A DNA stretch of 64,000 nucleotides, taken from the NCBI GenBank assembly GCA_016867415.1, contig VGJO01000002.1, forward strand, positions 118,472-182,471, given 5' to 3'. The notes beneath the pieces are model-generated. The model did not search any database. It saw nothing but the letters and a program-made list of their open reading frames with translations, and was not told the origin of the DNA. This DNA is from Candidatus Harrisonbacteria bacterium. Lineage in GTDB: Bacteria; Patescibacteriota; Minisyncoccia; UBA6257; UBA11618. The translations under genes were made by a program, and so were the position numbers. Positions 1 through 10,171 of this stretch are shown here, in pieces; position 1 is the stretch's first letter, and every line of letters begins with the position of its first letter.

Positions 1-385
1 TGAATCAGGAACAAAAAATAAATAAGGAAGAAATAAAAAAAACATTCCATTAAGAAAAACTGTCAAGGTCACATTAAAAAATAATTTCTTTCCCTGCTCA
101 TTACTTTTTTTCTTAATATATAAAGTAACTAAAGAAGGAATAGCAATTATTATGCAAATCAAAATAGTAAGCGCACTTTAAATATTTTTAAGTAAATAAT
201 GTAAATCATGCTCACCAAATAAATAATGCCTACCCTCAGCAGTATTTTGAAATTCTAGTAAAAACTCTAATAATTGAGGAACAAAATACCAATAACAAAA
301 AACAACTATAAATATTAGAAAAACTAAAAAAAAGCTTTTATAGGACCAAGATAAAAAAAACTTTTATGAAAAACTGATGTTTCAT
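1..385 (-). pseudogene. Possible degraded AT-rich membrane-protein gene running off the window end
   Basis: ATG at 385. A hydrophobic reading frame continues after an apparent frameshift near 345 and an in-frame TAA at 178-180. No recognisable family. Confidence 0.25.
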
Positions 386-449
386 CGATTGTGCTTATTA
401 TAAGTTAATTATATTTTTAGAAAAAAATACAAAAACCTTCTTCATGGGG

Positions 450-521
450 TGCGCGCGGGAGGGATCGAACCTCCGACACCTGCAATGTGAATGCAGTGCT
501 CTACCACTGAGCTACGCACGC
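450..521 (-). tRNA. tRNA-Val(CAC)
   Basis: GCGTGCG/CGCGCGC acceptor stem, TAGCTCAGTGGTAGAGC D-arm, CTGCA-TTCACAT-TGCAG anticodon arm, GGTTCGATCCC T-arm. Confidence 0.95.
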
Positions 522-614
522 GGTCATTCTTCATTCTATTTCTTTTCCAAAACAAAATGAAGAATACCTATCAATATCTGTATTTTTAAACATTACGCTA
601 GCACTAGATGCAAA

Positions 615-732
615 CGCAGGATTTTTGGATGAAGTTTCCTATTTCTTTTCGAGCAGCGAACGGAGCATACTGGATCTGAGTATGTGAGTACGCAGCGCAG
701 AAAAAAATGGGAAACTTTACCAAAAAGACAAG
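615..732. repeat. Family-1 long-hairpin repeat, abutting the rplL stop
   Basis: CGCAGGATTTTTGG...GGAGCATAC-loop-GTATGTGAG...CCAAAAAGACAAG, matching about 10 other copies. Confidence 0.9.
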
Positions 733-1125
733 CTATTTAAGCTCTACCGTGGCGCCAGCTGCTTCAAGCTGCGCCTTAAGCGCATCCGCATCCTCCTTCT
801 TCATCCCCTCTTTCACCGTCTTTGGTGCGGCATCCACCAAAGCCTTCGCCTCAGTAAGACCCAAACCAGTCGCTTCCTTTACTGCCTTGATAACGGCAAT
901 CTTCTGCGCACCGCCATCCTTTAAGACCACATCATAAGTAGACTTTTCTTCCGCCGCTGCTCCTTCTGAAGCTCCGGCACCAGCCGCCATCATAGGCATC
1001 GCCGCCGACACACCAAACTTCTCTTCGATAGCCGAGACCACCTCCGAGAGTTCAATCGCGGTCATCTTCTCAATTTGAGCAAGAAGATCTGCATACTTTT
1101 CCACTAACATTTTTTTATCTTCCAT
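733..1125 (-). CDS. rplL: 50S ribosomal protein L7/L12
   Basis: [42 protein letters not shown]. Confidence 0.99.
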   Translation of the reverse strand: MEDKKMLVEKYADLLAQIEKMTAIELSEVVSAIEEKFGVSAAMPMMAAGAGASEGAAAEEKSTYDVVLKDGGAQKIAVIKAVKEATGLGLTEAKALVDAAPKTVKEGMKKEDADALKAQLEAAGATVELK

Positions 1126-1162
1126 ATTTTTATCTTATTTTTATTCTTATATCTAATCTAAA

Positions 1163-1280
1163 GAAGTAATTTTGGAGGATTTTTTTATTTTTCTTCTGAG
1201 TACGGGACGGAGCATACTGCAAGAAGTATATGAGTACCGAACGGAAGAAAAAAATAAAAAAAGACCCAAAAGTACGAAGT
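1163..1280. repeat. Family-1 long-hairpin repeat inside the rplJ-rplL operon
   Basis: GAAGTAATTTTGGAGGATTTT...GGAGCATACT..AGTATATGAG...GACCCAAAAGTAC. Confidence 0.9.
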
Positions 1281-1295
1281 GACTTCAATAATTAA

Positions 1296-1802
1296 CTATT
1301 TTACTAGAGATTCTTTTCTCGCATTAAGAGCATACATGAGACTCCGGACCGGATATGAAAGCGAAAACGCAATCTGAGTGATAAGTACCGCTCGAGTGGG
1401 TAACTTCGAAAGAGTCACAAAATCCTTAGCCGTTATCTCCTGCTTTTCCGCAAAATTATAGCCGCCTAAGACCTTTAGCTCTTTTTTCTGCTTTTCAAGC
1501 TCTTTCACAAATTTAGAGAGCTTATTCGCCACCTCAATCACATCCCCCATCACAAAGATAGTTGCCGCTTGCGCATCAAACTGCGTCGGATCGTATTCAA
1601 TCCCCGCTTCCTTAAACGCCACCTTCATAAGTCGCTTCTTATACACTGACATTTTTGCATTCAGTTCTCGAAGAAGCGTCCGAAGAACGCGAATATCTTT
1701 TACCGGCACCCCAGAAAAATCAGCAAAAAGGAGGCTATTCGAGGCCTTCATCGTTTCCACGGCTTCCGCAATATGCGCTTGTTTCTGTTTTTTAGTAAGC
1801 AT
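1296..1802 (-). CDS. rplJ: 50S ribosomal protein L10
   Basis: N-terminal TKKQK, DFSG, LR..LR, LSKLP motifs; directly upstream of rplL. Confidence 0.97.
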   Translation of the reverse strand: MLTKKQKQAHIAEAVETMKASNSLLFADFSGVPVKDIRVLRTLLRELNAKMSVYKKRLMKVAFKEAGIEYDPTQFDAQAATIFVMGDVIEVANKLSKFVKELEKQKKELKVLGGYNFAEKQEITAKDFVTLSKLPTRAVLITQIAFSLSYPVRSLMYALNARKESLVK

Positions 1803-1864
1803 TATAGTAGCTCTGATTTTTAAAAAACCAGAAAAAATCTTCGATTATTATTCTTTTTATAAGA

Positions 1865-1975
1865 ATAATAAAAAACGACCTTTCGGCCGCAAACAAAATA
1901 GAAGTAAAGCAATAAAAATTGCTTTTTCCTCGGCAGGACCTCTGGGTTTCCCCCGCCTGCTGTCTGCGGAACTCT
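1865..1975 (-). promoter_or_regulatory. L10 leader (autogenous L10/L12-binding RNA)
   Basis: Minus strand CCGCAGACAGCAGG...CCTGCCGAGG (1969-1928) matches the L10-leader core, upstream of rplJ. Confidence 0.8.
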
Positions 1976-2124
1976 TATTAATATATATTGTATTCTAAAA
2001 AAAGTAAAGCCCTACTCTATATAATGTAGGGCTAAAAAGTCACACCAAGTAAATCTTCTTCTCAGAAATACATGAATCAGAAAGATACCATTTCCGATCA
2101 TTAAGTTTCCTCAGAAGTTCTAAT

Positions 2125-2332
2125 TCTTCTTAATCAATTTCTTCTTTATTTCGAGCGAGCCGCTTTTTCTGAAGCAAAGTGCTACCAAATAAAAAGGTAA
2201 TTTGGGCCTCCACTACTGCTATATTCTTCTATAAAAGAAAATAGTGGTAAAAGGGGAAAAATATTATTCTTCAAAGTGAGCAAACTGAAAAAAAGATGGT
2301 GCGGCCGAAAGAAAGATAAATGGGTAAGACTG
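2125..2332. repeat. Long imperfect palindrome downstream of trmD with a nested GGCCTCCACTACT module
   Basis: TCTT..TTCTTTATTTCG pairs with CGAAAGAAAGA..TAAGA; internal module shared with other repeats. Confidence 0.5.
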
Positions 2333-2343
2333 GGGTTTATATT

Positions 2344-2991
2344 TTAAAGTTTAAAACTTTTCCTCCATTCCTCGATTTTTTTATGATTTCCTTCTTGTAG
2401 TACCTCCGGCACCTTCCACTCCTTAAATTCCGCCGGACGAGTATAGGTGGGATAGCTTCCTTTTGTTTCTTCCAATGACTCCATCTTTCCTAGTACTCCC
2501 GGCACAAATCGAGAAACCGCATCGATTGTGACCATCGCCGGCAATTCCCCACCAGTAAGGACATAATCGCCAATCGAAAGCTCCTCATCAGCGAGATACT
2601 CTGCCACCCGCTCATCTACCCCCTCATATCGCCCAGAGATTAAAATAAGTTCATCATATTTTTCCGCATATTCTTTCGCCACCTCATTCGTCAGCTTTCT
2701 TCCTCGGGTCGAAAAAAGCACCACCCGCGCCCGCGGTTTTTTCTTCCTTTTCGCAAACTTTGCTTTTATTTTCTCTACCGCTCGATAGATCGGCTCCACC
2801 TTCAAGACCATCCCAGGTCCCCCGCCAAAGGGCGAATCATCCACTGTCTTATGCTTATCTTTCGGATCCGTGTAATCCCTTAGCTGCATGAGCTCCACTT
2901 GAATTGCTTTTTTCTTTTTTCCGCGTGCTAAAACCGATGTCTCAAGATATGAGAATGCTTCTGGAAATAAAGTTATAACCGTAAATTTCAT
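2344..2991 (-). CDS. trmD: tRNA (guanine37-N1)-methyltransferase
   Basis: VDDSPFGGGPGM, GRYEGVDERV, SIGDYVLTGGELPA; start set at MKFTVITLFP. Confidence 0.98.
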   Translation of the reverse strand: MKFTVITLFPEAFSYLETSVLARGKKKKAIQVELMQLRDYTDPKDKHKTVDDSPFGGGPGMVLKVEPIYRAVEKIKAKFAKRKKKPRARVVLFSTRGRKLTNEVAKEYAEKYDELILISGRYEGVDERVAEYLADEELSIGDYVLTGGELPAMVTIDAVSRFVPGVLGKMESLEETKGSYPTYTRPAEFKEWKVPEVLQEGNHKKIEEWRKSFKL

Positions 2992-3020
2992 AGTAATAGT
3001 ATAATTGTTACATTTGTAAA

Positions 3021-3059
3021 AAAATAAAAACCACAAAAAATATTGTGGTTTTTATTTTT
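3021..3059. terminator. AT-rich inverted repeat after khpA (terminator-like)
   Basis: AAAATAAAAACCACAA-loop-TTGTGGTTTTTATTTT. Confidence 0.5.
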
Positions 3060-3075
3060 TAAAACTAAAAGCGAG

Positions 3076-3369
3076 TTAGTAGTTACTATCATCGTTCGAG
3101 CTCATTCTTGGCGCTCGTCCGCCCTCCGGCTCCTCAATCTTTAGATTGACGCGGGCATTATTTTTGACACCCACAATTCGGAGTAAGGATCGGATAGCCT
3201 TCGCGGTCGAACCCTGCCGACCTACCACGACTCCCATGTCCTGCGGATTTACTCTCAGGGAAAGTAAAACGCCCATCTCATCGACTTTGCGCTCTACTTT
3301 GACATCCGATGGATTATCAACAATAGCCTCCACTAAAGTCTGCAGAAATTCCTGATCTCTTTCAGCCAT
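3076..3369 (-). CDS. khpA: KH-domain RNA-binding protein KhpA
   Basis: IVDNPSDV, DMGVVVGRQGSTAKAIR (GxxG); located between rpsP and trmD. Confidence 0.93.
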   Translation of the reverse strand: MAERDQEFLQTLVEAIVDNPSDVKVERKVDEMGVLLSLRVNPQDMGVVVGRQGSTAKAIRSLLRIVGVKNNARVNLKIEEPEGGRAPRMSSNDDSNY

Positions 3370-3469
3370 TCTTTCGAAATTTAGTAATAGTCTTTCTTTC
3401 CCGACCTTTTCTGTACCCAGCTAGTATAGCAAAAAGAAGAAAAAGAAGCAAAAAAATAAGGCAAAAGCC

Positions 3470-3757
3470 TTATTTTTTTGCTTCTTCAGCCTTTTTTCTA
3501 CTATGAACCGCAATTTTCTTTCCTTCAATCACCGCATTTTTAACAAGAAGATTATTCACCGTATCTGTCTTCTGCGCTCCGACACTAATCCAGTGCTTCA
3601 CGCGATCTGCATTTATCTTCGTCTCTTTGGAGTGCGGATTGTAATACCCGAGATCTTCAAGCACCTTTCCATCATTTTTGTCTCGGCGCTCATTAACAAT
3701 CAAGCGATATGCCGCCTGATGCTTCTTGCCAATCCGCTTAAGCTTTAATACCAACAT
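3470..3757 (-). CDS. rpsP: 30S ribosomal protein S16
   Basis: LKRIGKK..YRLIV, E.LGYYNP, WISVGAQ.TDTV. Confidence 0.98.
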   Translation of the reverse strand: MLVLKLKRIGKKHQAAYRLIVNERRDKNDGKVLEDLGYYNPHSKETKINADRVKHWISVGAQKTDTVNNLLVKNAVIEGKKIAVHSRKKAEEAKK

Positions 3758-3774
3758 AATAAATAAGTGCTCCC

Positions 3775-3803
3775 AGTATAATAAAACCCCTCCAAATTGT
3801 CAA
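3775..3803 (-). promoter_or_regulatory. Sigma70 promoter for rpsP
   Basis: TTGACA-17 bp-TATACT, 17 nt upstream of the ATG. Confidence 0.85.
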
Positions 3804-3857
3804 TTAAACGAATAACCCTTATCTTAATATTACCAAACAGATAATCGTGACAAATAT

Positions 3858-4067
3858 GAGCAGGATTTTTGTCCCTATGATGAGCCTCCACTAGCAATAA
3901 TAGGCTTTAAAAGAAAAAATAAAAACTTCATTAAAGAATGAATAAAATAAGATAAAGCGAGCGAAAGAAAGAGAGGCTTGCGAGGAGGTATGCTGGGCTA
4001 ATGTATGTCGACGAGCAAACAGAATTTTCGACAAAGTCAGAGGAAAAAGAAAAGCGCCAAAAAACAA
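3858..4067. repeat. Diverged family-1 repeat with nested GAGCCTCCAC module, abutting the smc stop
   Basis: GCAGGATTTTTG start, GAGCCTCCACTAG...AGATAAAGCGAGC, GGTATGCTGGGCTAATGTATGT core, GCCAAAAAAC end. Confidence 0.65.
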
Positions 4068-6143
4068 TTATAATTTCATCGACACCACGCGACTATAGCC
4101 TTCCGGAGTCATTGATACGCCATAAATCGCATCCGCCGCCTCCATCACCGCCCGATTATGGGTAATTAATATAAACTGCATCTCTTTTTTCATCTCAGAA
4201 AGAAGCTCTGCAAATCGCCGACAATTCCGCTCATCAAGTGGTGCATCCACCTCATCAAAAAGTAAGAATGGTGGCGCTGATACCGAAGCCAGAGCAAAAA
4301 GCGCCGCTATTCCCAAAAGACTCCGCTCTCCGCCAGAAAATGAAAGCACGCTCTTCGCTCCTTTGTGACCAAGCTCCGCTTGCATCTCCACTCCTTCCTC
4401 TGGAGTAAGAAAAAGTTCTACTTTTCCATCCTTAAACATCCGCAAAAAATTATCCGACAGCCGCTCTTTCACTAAAGAAAACTTCAGAGAAAACTCCTTC
4501 CGAACCAAGTCCTTCAGCTCGCCAATAATCTTTATAAGATTCTCCCGGCTTATTCGTATATCCGCAAGCTCCTTAATAAGGAGAGCATTCCGCTCCTCCG
4601 CCACTCTTGCCTCAAGAAGAACATTTTCATCGATAAGACCTACCCTATTAAGCTCATCCATCGTCCGCTTTCGCTTCCTAGTCACCTCTTCCAAAAGCGG
4701 GGCGGAGCCTTCTCCTATTTCATCAAAAGAAAAATCATCTTCACTCATCCCCACCTCTCTTAGCTCATATTGATACAATTCATTTTCTTTCTGCCACTCC
4801 TCTTCTTGCCGATTGAGCTCCCGGAGCCCATACTCTGTTTCGCGTAATTCATCTTTTTCCTTCTCTATCTCTCTTTCTTTCTCTCTAAACTGCAATCGCA
4901 TTTTCTCTTTTTCCTCCTCAATCTTCTGGAGTTCTTTCTGAAGTTTTTCCCGCACCTGCCTTGCATTTGCTATCTGCTCTTTTTCTTTAGTAAAATCCAA
5001 TTCCTTCTGCGATTCTTGTTTCATTACAAGCTCTTGAGGCTCTTCCTCTCCTAAATATTCTTTCCCCATTTTCCGAATATCTTTGAGCCCCCTCCCCATT
5101 GCCGTCACTCCTCCTTTCTCAATTGCCCGTTCCGCCGTCATAACTATAGAAAAAACTAATTCATTCTCCTGTTTTTTTTGAAGAGATTTTGTAACCGGTA
5201 GAGTCTTGCTAGCCACCACTTCAATGCGCTGCTCCATAAGAGAAACAAAAGAAAAAATCTCCTGCTCTTTCTCCTCCATCTGTCTCTTTATCAACGAAAT
5301 TTTCTTTTCGATAGTTATGAAATCTGGTTGCTCAATAAGCGACATCAAAGTCACCTCTGAAATTCTTTTTAAAAAAGACTCTTTCTGGAGAATAAGTTGC
5401 TCTTTCCGCTCTTTTATTGCAAAAAAATCACGACGCAATAATCCTTTTATTAAAGAAAAATATTGAAGATGAAGCTCAGTGAGTTTCTTTTCGAGATCTT
5501 CCTGTTTCTTTTTCCTCTCTGCTTCACGCCGGAGGATGGTAAGCCGTGGTAAAAGACCTTCAAGTTCTATCTCTGCTCGAGCAATATTTTCCTCAGTGAG
5601 CGTTAGTTTTCGCTCTGCCTCCTCTCCTTTCATTCGGTACCCCTTAAGACCAAAAATTTCCTCGAGAAGGGCTCGTCGCTGAAGAGGCTTTGAAAGTACA
5701 AAAGCATCAGCCTCTCCCTGATTCACAATCATCATTCCCCGCGCCCCGATCCGTGAGTGGGCAAAAAGCTCCACCGCATCCTTGAGCCGCATAGCACTGT
5801 TATTAATAAGACATTCCGAATCCCCATTCTTATATACTCGTCTTGTAATAAGAAGTTCGGGAAAATCGCTAGCCAACTTTCCCTCATGATTCAAAAGCGT
5901 GAGACTTGCATACCCAGCACTCATCCCCTGCTTCTTCTTACTCCCAGAAAATATCAGTCCCGAAAGATCTTCACTCCGAATATTCTTCGCTTCTCGCTCT
6001 CCCAAAACAAACCGAAACGCTTCGACAATATTTGATTTCCCCGAACCATTCGGGCCAACGATCGTGGTCACCCCCGCCGGAAACTCAATCTCCGTCTTCT
6101 CCGCAAATGACTTAAACCCAGAAAGCTCGAGACTCTTTAGCAT
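4068..6143 (-). CDS. smc: Short SMC-family chromosome segregation ATPase
   Basis: GFKSFA, GPNGSGKSN Walker A, FSGGER signature, FDEVDAPLD Walker B/D-loop, ITHN; central coiled coil. Confidence 0.9.
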   Translation of the reverse strand: MLKSLELSGFKSFAEKTEIEFPAGVTTIVGPNGSGKSNIVEAFRFVLGEREAKNIRSEDLSGLIFSGSKKKQGMSAGYASLTLLNHEGKLASDFPELLITRRVYKNGDSECLINNSAMRLKDAVELFAHSRIGARGMMIVNQGEADAFVLSKPLQRRALLEEIFGLKGYRMKGEEAERKLTLTEENIARAEIELEGLLPRLTILRREAERKKKQEDLEKKLTELHLQYFSLIKGLLRRDFFAIKERKEQLILQKESFLKRISEVTLMSLIEQPDFITIEKKISLIKRQMEEKEQEIFSFVSLMEQRIEVVASKTLPVTKSLQKKQENELVFSIVMTAERAIEKGGVTAMGRGLKDIRKMGKEYLGEEEPQELVMKQESQKELDFTKEKEQIANARQVREKLQKELQKIEEEKEKMRLQFREKEREIEKEKDELRETEYGLRELNRQEEEWQKENELYQYELREVGMSEDDFSFDEIGEGSAPLLEEVTRKRKRTMDELNRVGLIDENVLLEARVAEERNALLIKELADIRISRENLIKIIGELKDLVRKEFSLKFSLVKERLSDNFLRMFKDGKVELFLTPEEGVEMQAELGHKGAKSVLSFSGGERSLLGIAALFALASVSAPPFLLFDEVDAPLDERNCRRFAELLSEMKKEMQFILITHNRAVMEAADAIYGVSMTPEGYSRVVSMKL

Positions 6144-6589
6144 AAAAAAATAAACAGTACCTCTAGTATATCAAAAAAGATTTTTAAAGATAAAAAAAGC
6201 AGTCATCTAGTAACCGATCTTCCTAGTCAAGTTCATAAAAAAAGAAAATTATTTTCCTTGCCTTTTTTCCTCTCAATCAAATGGTTTTGCAATATCATCA
6301 AAATTCATATGAGAAAGATAAGAAAAAAGATTTCTCATAAATTTTAGCTAAAAGTACTTCCCTATCACGATTGATTGTAATCACTTTTCTGAATCTGAGA
6401 AGAGCTTCCCCTCTATAATTTGGCAAAAAATTTGAAATTTTATTAAGAGATGGATGAGGGGGTGTCTCTTCATAATCTAAAAAATATTCCTCTGTTTCAG
6501 GAATATCAATATTTTTTTCCGACGCATATCCGTGCAATTTGTATAGATCCATAAAATAATCCCGAACATCAAGAAAATCTCCACACCAC

Positions 6590-6755
6590 TAAAAAAGCTC
6601 TCTTCCCTATCGTGACTATTCTGAAGAAAAGATCTTAATTTTTTATGGTATTTTTTATCTCCTTTTTCCCCAAAAAAATCCTTTTCAAGGACAGAAGAAT
6701 CCATTCTCAGGATTGGATTCTGAGTCACAGAAAGAGAGAAGAAATTTTTTAAAAA
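6590..6755. repeat. Family-2 structured repeat downstream of rnc
   Basis: CTCTCTTCC..GTGAC...GTCAC..GAAAGAGAG outer stem; TTTTCAAGGACAGAA linker; AGAATCCATTC-TCAG-GATTGGATTCT hairpin. Confidence 0.7.
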
Positions 6756-6775
6756 TAACAGTACAAATCCGTGCT

Positions 6776-7456
6776 TTATTTCTCCAAAGCCTTCTTCGCC
6801 GCCTCCGCCTCTGCCTCCTGCTTTGAAAAGCCTTTTCCCTTCGCTAGCAATACTCCATCCACATACACTCCCACTTCAAAAGTCTTTTCGTGTTCCGGTC
6901 CCTCCTCATGAGTTACCCGGTACTCTGGAGTAATTTTCTTCTCTTTCTGAATCTCTTCCTGAAGGAGGCTCTTAGGATCACGATAATTTCCACTCTTTAA
7001 GACCTCGTGCAAATACTTCATCAAAAATCGATCAAGATACCCCTTCACCGCGCCGTAGCCCCCATCCAGATATATCGCCCCAATCAAAGCCTCCGCCGCA
7101 TTCGCAAGGATCACTTCCATCGCCCGCTTTGTGTCCCGCGCCTCTCCTCGCGATACGAGCATCTTCTTCTCAAGACCACTTTCCTTCGCTACCTCCGCCA
7201 TCATTAAGTAATTGACAAGTGATGCTCGGAGCGGCGTAAGCGCCCCCTCACTTTTCTCTGGAAACCGATGATAAAGCTCCTCAGTCACAATAAGCTCGAG
7301 CACTGCATCTCCTAAAAATTCCAGTCGCTCATTATGAGGAAATGGCCATCTCGGATTTTCATTCAAATATGAGCGATGGGTAATCGCCTCCTTTAAATAC
7401 TCTGGCTTAGAAAATCGATATCCTATAGTTCTCTCTATTTCTCCAATATCCACCAT
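6776..7456 (-). CDS. rnc: Ribonuclease III
   Basis: HNERLEFLGDAVL signature; C-terminal dsRBD (DPKSLLQE...SKQEAE). Confidence 0.99.
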   Translation of the reverse strand: MVDIGEIERTIGYRFSKPEYLKEAITHRSYLNENPRWPFPHNERLEFLGDAVLELIVTEELYHRFPEKSEGALTPLRASLVNYLMMAEVAKESGLEKKMLVSRGEARDTKRAMEVILANAAEALIGAIYLDGGYGAVKGYLDRFLMKYLHEVLKSGNYRDPKSLLQEEIQKEKKITPEYRVTHEEGPEHEKTFEVGVYVDGVLLAKGKGFSKQEAEAEAAKKALEK

Positions 7457-7458
7457 AC

Positions 7459-7965
7459 CTATTCTTTATCCTGAGCTTGTCGAAGGACTTTAACCTCTTC
7501 CTTTTCTTTTTCCTCAGGTTTTTGAGACACTACTTCTTTTGGCAAAGTCGCCTCAATTTCCTTATACACCGTTCCTAAAACACCGTTAATAAATTTACCC
7601 GAATTCGGCCCCCCGTAATTTTTGGCAATCTCAATTGCTTCATTAATCGCCACTTTCGGCGGCACTTCATCCTTATTCGCATGCAAGAGCTCAAAAAGAC
7701 CTATCCGCAAGGCATTTCGATCAATGACCGCCACCTGCGGCAATGGCCACTCCGGCGCCGCCTTCTCAATAATGGCGTCGAGCTCATTAATGTGTTCAAT
7801 CACTCCCGAGACGAGTTTGAAAACAAATTCTGGCTCGTCAAAACCTGGAGCAAACTCATTAATATTGCGCTCCACTATCTTTGCTAAATCTTCCTTCTTA
7901 TCAAGAAAGTCCCATTCATAGAGGGACTGCAGGGCTATTGACCGCCCAAGCTGTCTAGTCGCCAT
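7459..7965 (-). CDS. nusB: Transcription antitermination factor NusB
   Basis: [37 protein letters not shown]. Confidence 0.98.
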   Translation of the reverse strand: MATRQLGRSIALQSLYEWDFLDKKEDLAKIVERNINEFAPGFDEPEFVFKLVSGVIEHINELDAIIEKAAPEWPLPQVAVIDRNALRIGLFELLHANKDEVPPKVAINEAIEIAKNYGGPNSGKFINGVLGTVYKEIEATLPKEVVSQKPEEKEKEEVKVLRQAQDKE

Positions 7966-8010
7966 AATATAAAGTTAATTCTACCACACCACATAAGAAA
8001 GAAGAGTGAA

Positions 8011-8313
8011 TTACTCACTCTTCTTTTCCTCTTCCTTAGATTCGGCTACGACCTCTCCTTCCTCTTTCACTTCTTCTTGCTTTGCCTCTAGAACCACTTC
8101 TTCTTTTTTCTTTCTCGTAGTTTTCTTAGGCTTTATCTCCGCCGTTTTTGCTTCAAGCGGTCCATAATTACCACACTGCAAACATGCTCGATGAGGCAAG
8201 ACCGGACCGCCACACTTCACGCAGACTGCAAGCTTTATTTTCTTCAAAGCATGATGTGACCGTCTTCGGCCCACCTTGCCTTTACTGTGATGTTTAACTG
8301 GTACACCTCCCAT
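8011..8313 (-). CDS. rpmF: 50S ribosomal protein L32 with a charged C-terminal extension
   Basis: VP.K..SK...RRSH, CVKCG..LPHRAC.QCG.Y. Confidence 0.95.
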   Translation of the reverse strand: MGGVPVKHHSKGKVGRRRSHHALKKIKLAVCVKCGGPVLPHRACLQCGNYGPLEAKTAEIKPKKTTRKKKEEVVLEAKQEEVKEEGEVVAESKEEEKKSE

Positions 8314-8439
8314 AGTCCGCTAATGATAACAAATAATAGAGAAAAGTCAATAAAATCAATTTTAGCTAAAAATTAGATTTTATTGACCCCCGTGAAAGTA
8401 CTCCTCTTTACAGAGTAAACTATATAAATATCTTAAGTA

Positions 8440-9000
8440 TTAATGCAAAAAGCTCTTCCTATGCCACTCAGTCACTCCTAGTTTTTGTATCGCCTCCCTA
8501 TGCTCCCTCGTCCCATACCCTGCATTTCTTTCCCACCCATATCCTTGATATTTTTCCGCAAGCCCTGCCATCACTCTATCTCGCATTACTTTCGCGTATA
8601 CAGCCGCGAGCATCACTGCCGACACTTTCTGATCCGCTTTTATCATTGTCTCTTGATCAACATTTTTATCCACCAAAAAAAGCCCGCCATCAAGAACCAC
8701 TCTATCCCCTTTCTCTCTTACCGCCATATACGCAAAATTCGCACCAAGTCGCGCCGCCTGCAAAATATTTATCTTCTCAATTATTGCAACCGACAGACTC
8801 ACCGCTTCCGCCCTCAAAATTCCCGCCTGCTTCTGCTCCTCAATCCACTCCCACCACCACTCCCGTTCCGGCCTCGGCATCAGCTTCGAATCCCGTATTT
8901 CCTTGGGCAAACAAAGGGACACTGGCACCCGTACCGCCCCTACAGTCACCGGCCCCGCGAGGCACCCCCGCCCCACCTCATCTATTCCAATAAGATGCAT
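8440..9000 (-). CDS. rnhB: Ribonuclease HII
   Basis: GIDEVGRGCLAGP, DSK, AKVMRD, GYGT..H, HRKSF. Confidence 0.98.
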   Translation of the reverse strand: MHLIGIDEVGRGCLAGPVTVGAVRVPVSLCLPKEIRDSKLMPRPEREWWWEWIEEQKQAGILRAEAVSLSVAIIEKINILQAARLGANFAYMAVREKGDRVVLDGGLFLVDKNVDQETMIKADQKVSAVMLAAVYAKVMRDRVMAGLAEKYQGYGWERNAGYGTREHREAIQKLGVTEWHRKSFLH

Positions 9001-9010
9001 CTATAGAAAA

Positions 9011-10171
9011 CTATTCAACTTCAGATAAATAATCCTTGCAAGCCACTTTAATATTATCAGGTAGCTTCTGGCTAATATTTTTATATAAAATCACAAAATT
9101 CTTACATTCTTCTCGACTAAAAGTAGTAACCAATTGATTTTTTTTATCTTTACTCTTAATCCTTTGAGCAAAAACCTTACAGGCTTGTTTCGGATCTTTA
9201 CCCAAGCTATTAAGATAAGAAAAAAAATCATTCCTCATCGCAACATCATAATTAAAGTTAGCCTTTCCAGTCGGATTAAGAACTTCTTTAATTTCAGGAA
9301 TTTTATCAATAATGCCGGTTTGTAAAGTTTTACCCCGAATCACAAGAGAAATAAATTTATAGTAAATATCATATCCATATTTATCAATAAAATAACCGGC
9401 TATTAAGGCTCCAGAGTTATAAAGGTCATAAACTTCCTGTTTATCTTGAGAATAAGCCTCTATTTTAAAAAAGGAATCAAAAGAACGACATAACCCGGTA
9501 GGACCAAAAATAATCTTCTTCCTTTCAAAAAACTGCAGGCAAGTTCGATTAACAAAAGACTCGCTCTCTTCTAAAGTACAAGTACCTTCATCAAAGCATC
9601 GAGGAAGAGGGGTTTGGAACATTCGACCCAAAAGTACATGAGATATTTCATGAGGAGCAATATTATCAAGTACATATTGAAAATCATTAGCAATAAAAAA
9701 CATGGTGAAAGTATTGTTTAAGAAAGAAGTTTTACCCTTTCCGAAAAAAGTTAAAAATGTATTTCCACTACCAGCCGGCTCAGAAAGATTAGGGAAAAAA
9801 ATGGAATTAAGTTTAATCTTCACATTTATATAAATATCATCTCCTCGAAGACTACAATTTTGCCTATCACAAAAATTTTTATATTGATCCGCCATTGCAT
9901 CCGCTATTTTTTCAAAATCAACAGCTCGTAAAACAATATCAGAAGAGATAGGAGCTAATTGATCACTTTTTTCAAGATCAGCAATAGGCTGATCTCCAGG
10001 CGTTTGAGAAAAAGTAAAATGAATGACAATTTTAGTTCCATCTTTGTCGGCTATTACCGTCCTTACTATTTCTTCAGTTGCAAGAGAAAGAGCATAAGAA
10101 AAGTAAAAAAATAAGAATAAGAATAAAAAAGTATTTTTAAAATAAAAAAGGAAACCCTTAAAGTTAATCAT
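9011..10171 (-). CDS. Secreted HExxH zinc-metallopeptidase-like protein
   Basis: Hydrophobic signal peptide; APHEISH followed by P..FDEG, a gluzincin/peptidase MA-like spacing. Confidence 0.6.
   Translation of the reverse strand: MINFKGFLFYFKNTFLFLFLFFYFSYALSLATEEIVRTVIADKDGTKIVIHFTFSQTPGDQPIADLEKSDQLAPISSDIVLRAVDFEKIADAMADQYKNFCDRQNCSLRGDDIYINVKIKLNSIFFPNLSEPAGSGNTFLTFFGKGKTSFLNNTFTMFFIANDFQYVLDNIAPHEISHVLLGRMFQTPLPRCFDEGTCTLEESESFVNRTCLQFFERKKIIFGPTGLCRSFDSFFKIEAYSQDKQEVYDLYNSGALIAGYFIDKYGYDIYYKFISLVIRGKTLQTGIIDKIPEIKEVLNPTGKANFNYDVAMRNDFFSYLNSLGKDPKQACKVFAQRIKSKDKKNQLVTTFSREECKNFVILYKNISQKLPDNIKVACKDYLSEVE

Noticed and set aside
6298-6728. Short ORFs between smc and rnc
   Set aside because: One overlaps a family-2 repeat. 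The other has no recognisable motif or start signals.
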